DNA of 64,000 nucleotides from positions 832,001 to 896,000 of the forward strand of contig CBDCTJ010000007.1 of NCBI GenBank assembly GCA_965222115.1. The letters run 5' to 3'. The notes under the pieces are model-generated. The model worked only from the letters and a program-made list of their open reading frames with translations. It was not told where the DNA came from and did not search any database. The DNA is from Planctomycetota bacterium (GTDB lineage: Bacteria; Planctomycetota; PLA2; JAEUHO01). Below, piece after piece: positions 9,097-17,481 of the stretch. Position numbers and translations under genes: made by a program. How positions within the stretch are numbered: the first letter of the stretch is position 1; each line of letters begins with the position of its first letter.

Positions 9097-10059
9097 ATGT
9101 CGTCTGCGCGCCCTCCCCGCCCCAACAATCCACTGCACTGGGTGGCGTATGTGTTGTCACTTCCTGAGCGCGTACTGCGAACGATCGTGGTGACCGCCGG
9201 ACACCTGCTTTGGCTCGTGCTGTGGTTGGTGCCGAGACCCATTCGAAAGGGGCGCTTCTTCAAGAAGGCGGTCGAACGACAAGTGGCCATGCTCACCGAT
9301 GAAGTAGGGCGATCGCGTCGCTATCCCGGTTCGCCGCAGCTCACAGGCGAGTTGGCCACGCGCATGGCGGTGGGGGGCGTGGTAGACAACTTGGCCACCA
9401 TCTCGCTTCACGCCTCACCGCTTTGGCTGTTGTTGGCTGCTAGTGACATGAGCGAGGGGGCGGCACGATTTGTGGATGCGCTTGGCGCCGAGTTGGAAGA
9501 GAAGGGCTACGTCACCGAGGGTCAACGCATCACATCCCTCGATCGAACGCTCAAGGGACTGTCGGCGTTGTCGGGACGATTGGCCGATAGTCTTGACGCG
9601 CCGCCGCTTGAATTTCAAGCGCTCAAAGACTCTGTGGAGCGTGTGCGTGATGACATCGCCGAAGTGGGTACAGCCGCGCTTGAACAAGTCCCGGACATCG
9701 ATCAGTTGGCGAATGAACTCACTGCGGTGTCCGAAGAATCCGACCGTTCGCTTCTGTCGGTTTTAGGGGCACTCACAATTGGTACCGCGGACAAAGTCGA
9801 GCGAACGCTCGGCGCCACGCTCACCGGTGTTGGCGGTAGCGTAGCGATTGTGACGCGCTTCCTCTGCGACGACGTTTTGGATGGGTATGTGGACGCTGCC
9901 AAGCGCATGCATCGACGCGGCTTTGTGGGTTCTTTTCGCTCGTTCGTTCGCCCGCAGATGCGTAGTGTGCGCGCCCTGTTTGACTACTCGTTTCTCACGT
10001 GGACCGAGCGCATCTTGTCCTTTTGGCAATGGCACCAAGCCGATTGGGCACACCCCTAA
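9097..10059 (+). CDS. Hypothetical protein
   Basis: Long ORF with natural composition (LSLPERVLR, LHASPLWLL); no family recognised. Confidence 0.65.
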   Translation: MSSARPPRPNNPLHWVAYVLSLPERVLRTIVVTAGHLLWLVLWLVPRPIRKGRFFKKAVERQVAMLTDEVGRSRRYPGSPQLTGELATRMAVGGVVDNLATISLHASPLWLLLAASDMSEGAARFVDALGAELEEKGYVTEGQRITSLDRTLKGLSALSGRLADSLDAPPLEFQALKDSVERVRDDIAEVGTAALEQVPDIDQLANELTAVSEESDRSLLSVLGALTIGTADKVERTLGATLTGVGGSVAIVTRFLCDDVLDGYVDAAKRMHRRGFVGSFRSFVRPQMRSVRALFDYSFLTWTERILSFWQWHQADWAHP

Positions 10060-10244
10060 ACCATAGGTATCCAGCGTTGGTGTCGGCGCGAATGCCTGAG
10101 TTACGTGTAAACCCGGTCCACGCGACCTACGCCGCCGGGCTTGGTCCGCGTCCCAGCGAACACCTCTGCCATACTGAGGTAGGCTTGTGTAGTGGTCGCC
10201 GCCTCTCGTGTCCTAAGCCCACGCTCGATCCTGTCCATCGGAGA

Positions 10245-12776
10245 ATGACCTTGCGACGTCTCCTGCCTCTATTTGCAATTGCCGTTTTGTGCTTCATGCC
10301 ACCGCCACCGTGTGGGGCCGAAGACGGGCCCACAGCCAAACCATTGCCCAAGCCGCCCCTTTCGCCTGAGCAAGAGTTGGCCAAGAAGCGCAAAAAGCAG
10401 CAAGAGTTCGAGCAGCGCAAAGTCGATTTGCCGAAAACGGCGAAACGCACCCTAGCGCTGATTGAGCGCTTCGAGAAACGCGAGTTGCGTCTCTGGGCTG
10501 TGTCGCGTCAAAAGGTGATTGAACAGGGACCCGACGCTGTCCCCGCGCTTGTGCTTATGCTCGAGTCGGAAGATTGGGAAGTCCGTGCCTTTTCCGCATC
10601 ATGTTTGGAGGCGCTACAGGCCGCCGATGCGATGCGTCCCTTGTTGACGGCTCTTCAAAACGAAACCTATATCGAGGCGCGGCGCCGCATGGTGATGGCC
10701 TTGGGGACGTTGAACGATGCCGGGACTGAACCCGCACTGTTGACGGCAAGTCAAGATCAGGATGAGGGCGTTGTCTTGGCAGCGATTCGCGCCCTGGGTG
10801 CCTTGAAGCGCAAAGAGTCCATGCCTGCGCTTAGGGCTTTTGTCAAGCACAAGAACTTAGACATTCGCTACGAAGCGTTGAGCATTCTTGCGTCTCTTGA
10901 TGATGAAAAGGCACGCGCCAAGTTGCATAAGAAGGCACAGGCGCAGGTGGCGACCAGCGATTTGCGTCGTTACGACTCGGTACGCCCATTCGATATGAGC
11001 GATCGCTACGAACAGTATCTGATCGGGGTGGCTCTGGCGCGTGCCAACGATGAAGAGGCCGACAAGTTGCTACGAAAGATCCTGCGCGCCGACAAACCGT
11101 GGCATAAAAAGATCTTTCTACGGCTGGGGGCTGCTGAAGGATTGGGAAGGCGAGCCGCCGAGGGTTTGCCACTTCACAAGGAGCTCATCAAGGGATTGAG
11201 CCACGACGACAATCCGGTTCGTGTTGCCTGTTCGTACGGACTGAGCTTTGTCGGCGCGGGTGACCATTTGCGAGCGCTAAAACGCGCGCTGAGTGACAAA
11301 CAGCTCGATGTTCGCGTCAACGTCGTGAAGGCCGTCGGGCACATCAACACGCCTGAGGCTGTGAAGGCGTTAAGAAAGTCCGTCAAAGATCGCTCGCCGG
11401 ACGTACGAGCGGCCACAGCGCGAGCATTGAGCGAAATGACTGTGCCCGAGGCGGCGGACGCGCTTATCACCATGCTAAAGGACAAGAAGTACGTAAATCG
11501 AGTGCTGGCCGCGCGCGGATTGGCGAGCCGCACCGACGTAGAAGACGTCGTGTCCGCATTAACCAAAGCATCCAAGGACCCCGACTATGGTGTGCGCGCG
11601 CAGGCGCTCGCGAGCCTCTCTAGGGCAGTGACCAAGTCGGATGAGGCACTCAAGATCCTCGTGGGCGCCATGACGGATCGCGACTACGGCGTTCAAGTCA
11701 ATGCGTACCTCGGTATCAACGCGTTGCTGGATGTACTCGACGAACAACCTGAGTTGGATGAACCCATCCTGAAACGCATCGTGACGACGGCCACCGAAGC
11801 ACGCATCGATCGACTTCGCTTGGCGGCAGACGAACTATTGGACGGTCAACGGCCGCCCGGAGCCATTCCCTTCCTGATTCAAGTCCTGGGCGCCGACGAA
11901 GAACGGAAGCGTCGGCGTGCCAACTCGTTGTTATCGCGCATGACAGAGAAGAACATGAACTTTGACTCCAAGGCGTCGCCTCGCGATCGCAAAGACGCGG
12001 CGGCACGTTGGAAGGCATGGTGGGAGGGTTCGAGCCGCACATTGCCCAAGCGGGGCCGTCGCAGTGGCGCTGTGGTCACGGGATCTCTGGCCGAGCAGAC
12101 GCGCGATCTCAAGTGGCGAGGGATGGATATTGTCCTGTTGCTTGATTCAACCGGTTCCATGGCGGGATTGCTGCGCTCGACCAAGCAAAGTATCGATCAA
12201 ATTATTGCAGGGCTTGCCTCGCCGCTGCCAAGTTTGCGAATTTCGCTCTTTACCTACCGCGATGTTGGCGACAACTACGTGTACTACGGCACGCCCTTGA
12301 CCTACGACATTGAGCATTTGCCGGGGTTCTTGCAGAGCTTCGTCCACGGTCAGGGCGGCGATATTCCCGAGGCTGTATTCGACTCGGTGAATGCCGCCAT
12401 GAGGGAACTCAAGTGGCGCAAGGATGCCCATAAAGTCATCATTTTTGCAGGGGACGCGCCGCACCACCCGGAACAGGACAAGGACTTTAAGAAGGCCATT
12501 AAGAAGTGGGCGACGAAAGAGAACCGTGCCGTTATGCACGCTATCTTCACCGACACCAATCGCCGCTCGCTCGACATCAATCGCCGCACCAAGCGCGAGG
12601 ACCCCGACGATTTTCAACATCCCTATCTCGACATCTACCGGGAGGTGTCCGGCTTGGGACGTGGGCGGGCGGTGCTACTCAGCGACGAGAGTGCTCTGAT
12701 AAAAGAAATCTTGGTGCTCGCCTTTGGGCCGACGTGGCGGGCTGACATCGAAAATTTCCTCGACTTTCAGCGCTAG
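10245..12776 (+). CDS. Secreted HEAT-repeat protein with C-terminal VWA domain
   Basis: Signal peptide; repeated D-x-x-x-x-VR-x-x-A HEAT units; MIDAS DSTGSM and YRD/GGDIPE VWA motifs. Confidence 0.88.
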   Translation: MTLRRLLPLFAIAVLCFMPPPPCGAEDGPTAKPLPKPPLSPEQELAKKRKKQQEFEQRKVDLPKTAKRTLALIERFEKRELRLWAVSRQKVIEQGPDAVPALVLMLESEDWEVRAFSASCLEALQAADAMRPLLTALQNETYIEARRRMVMALGTLNDAGTEPALLTASQDQDEGVVLAAIRALGALKRKESMPALRAFVKHKNLDIRYEALSILASLDDEKARAKLHKKAQAQVATSDLRRYDSVRPFDMSDRYEQYLIGVALARANDEEADKLLRKILRADKPWHKKIFLRLGAAEGLGRRAAEGLPLHKELIKGLSHDDNPVRVACSYGLSFVGAGDHLRALKRALSDKQLDVRVNVVKAVGHINTPEAVKALRKSVKDRSPDVRAATARALSEMTVPEAADALITMLKDKKYVNRVLAARGLASRTDVEDVVSALTKASKDPDYGVRAQALASLSRAVTKSDEALKILVGAMTDRDYGVQVNAYLGINALLDVLDEQPELDEPILKRIVTTATEARIDRLRLAADELLDGQRPPGAIPFLIQVLGADEERKRRRANSLLSRMTEKNMNFDSKASPRDRKDAAARWKAWWEGSSRTLPKRGRRSGAVVTGSLAEQTRDLKWRGMDIVLLLDSTGSMAGLLRSTKQSIDQIIAGLASPLPSLRISLFTYRDVGDNYVYYGTPLTYDIEHLPGFLQSFVHGQGGDIPEAVFDSVNAAMRELKWRKDAHKVIIFAGDAPHHPEQDKDFKKAIKKWATKENRAVMHAIFTDTNRRSLDINRRTKREDPDDFQHPYLDIYREVSGLGRGRAVLLSDESALIKEILVLAFGPTWRADIENFLDFQR

Positions 12777-12961
12777 ACATGCCGGTCCGTAAGCACCTGC
12801 TCCGCAACGCGGACGTGCATGGCTCATGGTGCGTCCTATTCGTCCCCTCGCCAAGATCGCAGGGCAAACAGTCTTGGTGGCTGCGGCTTTGCTTTGCAGG
12901 ATACGACCCTTCGTAGTCGACGGGCGAGCGGCGACATTGCGTCGCATGCAAGGAGGTTCAC

Positions 12962-13786
12962 ATGGGCGATATCAACTGGCAAGATCTCTGGGACAACGTC
13001 TGGAACGCGGGCGTCGAATACGCACCCAAGGTAGGCGTGGCGCTGGCCATCCTAATTCTTGGTTGGATCGTCGCAAAGTTCGTTCGACGGATGCTCCGGC
13101 GCATCATGCGCAAGGCGCGTATGGACGACACGCTTGCGGGCTTCCTTTCCAACATTCTATACGGCATGCTGCTCGTTTTTGTTGTGATTGCAGCCCTTAG
13201 CCACTTGGGCATCGAGACGAATTCGTTCGTAGCCATCTTGGGCGCCGCGGGGTTGGCCGTTGGTTTTGCGTTGCAAGGATCACTATCGAACTTCGCCGCA
13301 GGTGTGATGTTGATTCTCAATCGGCCGTTCAAGACGGGTGATCACGTAGAGATTGCGGGCATCGAGGGCGATATTGCCGAAATCTCTATCTTCTCGACCA
13401 TGATTGATACCAAAGACAACAAGCGCGTGATCATTCCCAATGCGGAGATTACCGCCGCCACGATCACGAACTACAGTACGCATAACAAGCGTCGCGTGGA
13501 CTTGGTCATGGGTATTGGCTATGAGGCTGACATCAAGCAGGCCAAAGAGATTCTCACGGAAATCTGCGCCTCGCACCCCAAAGCATTAAAGGATCCCGCA
13601 CCCACCATCGCCGTCTTGGAACTGGCCGATAGCAGCGTCAACTTCATGGTCCGCCCGTGGTGCCACCCAAACGACTACTGGGATGTTTATTGCGACATCA
13701 CGGAGAGCGTGAAGCTCGCCTTTGATAAGGCCGGCATTTCGATTCCATTCCCTCAGCAAGAAGTGCATATGCGTCAGATTGCGTAG
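12962..13786 (+). CDS. mscS: Small-conductance mechanosensitive channel
   Basis: GAAGLAVGFALQGSLSNFAAG, RPFKTGD and GISIPFPQ motifs; GGAGG RBS. Confidence 0.95.
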   Translation: MGDINWQDLWDNVWNAGVEYAPKVGVALAILILGWIVAKFVRRMLRRIMRKARMDDTLAGFLSNILYGMLLVFVVIAALSHLGIETNSFVAILGAAGLAVGFALQGSLSNFAAGVMLILNRPFKTGDHVEIAGIEGDIAEISIFSTMIDTKDNKRVIIPNAEITAATITNYSTHNKRRVDLVMGIGYEADIKQAKEILTEICASHPKALKDPAPTIAVLELADSSVNFMVRPWCHPNDYWDVYCDITESVKLAFDKAGISIPFPQQEVHMRQIA

Positions 13787-13787
13787 C

Positions 13788-15014
13788 TCAGCGACGCTTC
13801 AACAGGCCCAGTCCCAGCGCAAGCGCGCAGTACGCCGTGGAGGCAACGCGCATGTTGCGGGCGTTTGTGAAGTCGGACGTCGAGCCGTCTTTACGGAGCG
13901 TTTTGATCACATGAGGTCGCAATCGCGCGTGATAGGCCTCGCGTTGGGCCTCCGGCAGCAAGTTGATGGCGTGGGCAGCGTAGTAATGACCGAAGCAGTA
14001 AAAGTAGCCCGAATTGGCGTAGTAGGCTTCGTGCGGGTTGGGGCGTAGGCGCGCCACGTCGAGGAAGCGGTGGTGCTTGAAAAAGGCGTCAATTCCCGCG
14101 CGCAGACGTTTGATGGTTACGCGCTTGCTCCCAACGAGCAAAAGCGACCAGTCGCAAAGTGGCGTGCGCCCAAGGCTGCCTTTTATGCGGTTGATGTGTT
14201 GGCCACCATTGAGGCGCGGCCACGGCGTAAGGTCGTAGGCGTAGGCGCCTTCCGGCAGTTGGCACTTCTCAACGTACACACGCGCTCGTTCGATCGTGGC
14301 TTGATCTACGCCCCAGCCTAGCTCCTTGGCTCTTATCAAGTAGGGCAAGATGAGCGCCGTGCAGAAACTCGTGGACCATTTGTTGCGTCGCGAGTAGGGC
14401 GGGTCGTCGTAGTAGGCCCAACCGCCCTCAGGACTTTGATTCTTAAGCAAGACTGTGAGCAGCGTTCTCCCGCGGCGACGGAGCAGCCACTGCTCATGGG
14501 CGGAGAGCTCACCATCGCTTCCAAATCGTTTGTCTTCGGCTACCTGGGTAAGGCAAACGACGCCGTATAGCGCAGGCCACATGTAGTCGGTGTCCCAGTG
14601 ATTGCCGCGTTTCGGCATGCGGGTACGCACCATCCAGCGGATGCCGTTGAGGAGTGCCGCACGACGCGTTGTTGTTTCCGGCGCGTGCAGAAACGCCATG
14701 ACTGCCAAGGCATGCGAGGTGTACTTCCAGGCATAGTGCGTTTCTACGGAAAACGATGCCTCCGCAGACAAACCGGGAATTGCCGCAGCCCACGAGCCGT
14801 CCTTGTTCTGCGCACGAACGAGGTAGTTCAGCGACCGATCGTAGGCAGTCAGTGCTTGACTTGCCGACATCGTGACGGGTGCGCGCCCCGGTGCGGCCTT
14901 CATCGTGCTCGGCGCGGGCGACTCTTTCGCACCGAGGGGAGCCACGCCCCACACGCAGATTGCGATCAGCGCTGTAGCGCTTAGACGCCAGCCGATTGAA
15001 GTAGGACGATCCAC
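13788..15014 (-). CDS. Secreted prenyltransferase/squalene-cyclase-repeat (alpha/alpha barrel) protein
   Basis: QW-like repeats QNKDGSW, QSPEGGW, QLPEGAY; signal peptide. Confidence 0.75.
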   Translation of the reverse strand: MDRPTSIGWRLSATALIAICVWGVAPLGAKESPAPSTMKAAPGRAPVTMSASQALTAYDRSLNYLVRAQNKDGSWAAAIPGLSAEASFSVETHYAWKYTSHALAVMAFLHAPETTTRRAALLNGIRWMVRTRMPKRGNHWDTDYMWPALYGVVCLTQVAEDKRFGSDGELSAHEQWLLRRRGRTLLTVLLKNQSPEGGWAYYDDPPYSRRNKWSTSFCTALILPYLIRAKELGWGVDQATIERARVYVEKCQLPEGAYAYDLTPWPRLNGGQHINRIKGSLGRTPLCDWSLLLVGSKRVTIKRLRAGIDAFFKHHRFLDVARLRPNPHEAYYANSGYFYCFGHYYAAHAINLLPEAQREAYHARLRPHVIKTLRKDGSTSDFTNARNMRVASTAYCALALGLGLLKRR

Positions 15015-15806
15015 CTATTTGTCCACGTCGTCGTCGGGTTCGTTTGCCTTGTCATCCGAAGGCTCGTGCCTGACTTCATCGCTCGACGCCGACGTCGCGT
15101 CCGAAGCCTTTGCATCACGAAGTTCCTCTTCCAGCTTCTCTCGCGCTCGCTTCTCCTTCAGAAGCCCCAGCGCGCGTTCCATGCGAAGCACCGACAACTT
15201 ATGATTCACGACGCGCACACCTTCTTTGGCGTTGGCAACCTCCTGCTCAAGTTCGCGCTGTTGCTTGGGAAGTTCGCCGTCCCGCTTGAGGGTGGCTTCG
15301 GCTTCGCTGAGGGCCAGTCGCCGCTTCGCAAACTCCATATCCTTGGTACCGCGATGCAGGACCAATTCTTTGGTCATGTTGGCAAACTCTTCGGCCTTGT
15401 ACATGGCCTTGAGCTCGTCGAGTTCCTTCTGGGCGCGGTAAGCCGATTCTTTGGAACGATCCAAGTCGAGTTGAATGTCCTTCAGCGCGTTTGGCAACTC
15501 ATGCTTTAGAAAGCGCTTGAGGTCGCCATCGGCCTCCTTCAGCTTGGCCTCGGCGCTACGCAGCTCATGGGCGAGTTCGAGCGCCTCGCCTTCGTGCTTT
15601 GCGGCGGCGATTTCATGTTCACGCTTGAGTTCCAATAGATCGGCACGCAGATCGTCGGCTGACTTCTCTTCGTCGTCATCCTCGGATGTTGAGTTGGTCG
15701 GCGTGGTGGAGGGGGGACGCGCGGGTGCGCCGCACGACGCCAACGATGGACCCACGATCAGCAAGAGTAGAAGCGTGAGTAGGGGGAAGGGCAGTGAGCG
15801 ACCCAT
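15015..15806 (-). CDS. Coiled-coil lipoprotein
   Basis: Lipobox LASC followed by a long charged helical region; abuts the next gene with no gap. Confidence 0.7.
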   Translation of the reverse strand: MGRSLPFPLLTLLLLLIVGPSLASCGAPARPPSTTPTNSTSEDDDEEKSADDLRADLLELKREHEIAAAKHEGEALELAHELRSAEAKLKEADGDLKRFLKHELPNALKDIQLDLDRSKESAYRAQKELDELKAMYKAEEFANMTKELVLHRGTKDMEFAKRRLALSEAEATLKRDGELPKQQRELEQEVANAKEGVRVVNHKLSVLRMERALGLLKEKRAREKLEEELRDAKASDATSASSDEVRHEPSDDKANEPDDDVDK

Positions 15807-15920
15807 GAATGCTCCGTGGGATTGGGAATCGAATGGGGAAGGTTTGCAACTCGGGTGGCGCAACCGATGATACGCCCCGCCGTCGCGCCGCAAACCGGGC
15901 GCCCAGTGCGGGAGGGTCGC

Positions 15921-17465
15921 GTGCAACTCGGATTTGTCATCGACCACGCGCGTTGCATTGGCTGCCACGCATGCACAGTGGCGTGCAAGTCGGAAAACGA
16001 CGTGCCGCTGGGCAAATTTCGCACCTGGGTGAAATACACCGAAACCGGCGAATTTCCCTCCGTCCGCCGTAACTTCGCCGTTCTTCGGTGCAATCAGTGC
16101 AGCTCAGCGCCCTGCGTGACGATTTGTCCGGTGCGCGCGCTTGAGAAGCGTAGCGACGGGATTGTGGACATTGATCCCGCCCAGTGCATTGGATGCAAGA
16201 GTTGTATGCAGGCCTGTCCCTATGACGCGCTCTACATCAATGAAGACCAGGGCATTGCCGAGAAGTGTCACTTTTGCGCCCATCGCGTGGAGCGTGGTCT
16301 GGCGCCCGCCTGCGCCGTGGTGTGTCCCACCGAAGCCATCATCCCTGGCGACTTTGACGATCCCACTAGCACGGTTTCACAGATGCGCGCGGGCGGTCGT
16401 TTGACCGCACGCAAAGTCGAGGCCGAAACCGGGCCAAACGTCTGGTACCGCGACGTCGAGCCCACGGGTATTGCGCCGCTATCGACGCATGCGGCTGGCG
16501 GCTACCTCTGGGCCAATGCCATGCCGTCGCTCAATGTGAATGTAGAGGCCATGCGCGCGCCGGATACGACTGCGCGTACCGTTTACGACGTTGAACACAA
16601 GCCGTGGTGGGGTCGCAAGGTATCGGGGTACCTGTTTACCAAGTCGATTTCGGCCGGTGCGTTTTTAGCGCTCGTGCCTTCGTTGATGGGTTGGGCGGGC
16701 GACACCCCCGGCGAAACGGATGTGGTGGTTTCCACGTGGACATGGTTGCTCACCGGCATTGGCGTGTTGTTCCTCGCGATTACGACTGGCCTGCTCGTGG
16801 GCGATCTCAAGCGTCCCGAGCGATTCCTCAAGATACTTACCCATCCCAACTGGTCGTCGTGGTTGGTGCGTGGCGCGATTGTGCTCATGGTGTACGGCGG
16901 CCTGTTGACCCTTTGGCTGATCCTGTTGTTCTTTGAGGTGTCGTTACCGGACATTGTGCGTAGCGTCTTGGTGATTGCCACGGCGACGGCGGCCATTGCG
17001 GCAGCGATCTACTCGGCGTGGCTATTTGCGCAAGCCAAAGGACGTGCACTCTGGATGCAAAAAGGTCTGCCACTAAAGCTCGCGCTTCAAGCGTTGATCG
17101 CCGGATGTGGCGTCGCGTTGCTACTCGGCGCCTTCATCGATATGCCCGACGTGCTGGCCAGTTACCTACGACCGACACTCGTCTCCGCTCTGGGGCTGCA
17201 TCTCGTGCTGTTGCTTCTTGAGCGCTTCATGGCGCCAAAGGGTCGCGAATACGAGTTTCATCAGGCCACCGCGCTTTTGACGCGCGGCCCCTATGCGGTG
17301 GCGCACTGGCTACTTGCTGTTGTTGTTGGGCACGTGCTTCCGTTGGTGTGGGCTGTCTTTCAACCGGGTGTGATTGATCCGGTAGCTGGCGCGATGGCGC
17401 TGCTCGGTGTGTATGTGGTCGAAGATTTGTTCATTCGCGTGGGCCAAGCCCTCCCAATCAGTTAG
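15921..17465 (+). CDS. 4Fe-4S dicluster (NrfC/DmsB-like) fused to NrfD/PsrC membrane anchor
   Basis: CIGCHACTVAC, CNQCSSAPCVTICP, CIGCKSCMQACP, CHFC..CAVVCP; then DLKRPERF and about 8 TMs. GGAGG RBS then GTG. Confidence 0.92.
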   Translation: MQLGFVIDHARCIGCHACTVACKSENDVPLGKFRTWVKYTETGEFPSVRRNFAVLRCNQCSSAPCVTICPVRALEKRSDGIVDIDPAQCIGCKSCMQACPYDALYINEDQGIAEKCHFCAHRVERGLAPACAVVCPTEAIIPGDFDDPTSTVSQMRAGGRLTARKVEAETGPNVWYRDVEPTGIAPLSTHAAGGYLWANAMPSLNVNVEAMRAPDTTARTVYDVEHKPWWGRKVSGYLFTKSISAGAFLALVPSLMGWAGDTPGETDVVVSTWTWLLTGIGVLFLAITTGLLVGDLKRPERFLKILTHPNWSSWLVRGAIVLMVYGGLLTLWLILLFFEVSLPDIVRSVLVIATATAAIAAAIYSAWLFAQAKGRALWMQKGLPLKLALQALIAGCGVALLLGAFIDMPDVLASYLRPTLVSALGLHLVLLLLERFMAPKGREYEFHQATALLTRGPYAVAHWLLAVVVGHVLPLVWAVFQPGVIDPVAGAMALLGVYVVEDLFIRVGQALPIS

Positions 17466-17481
17466 GGGGGCCAGGAGCGTC

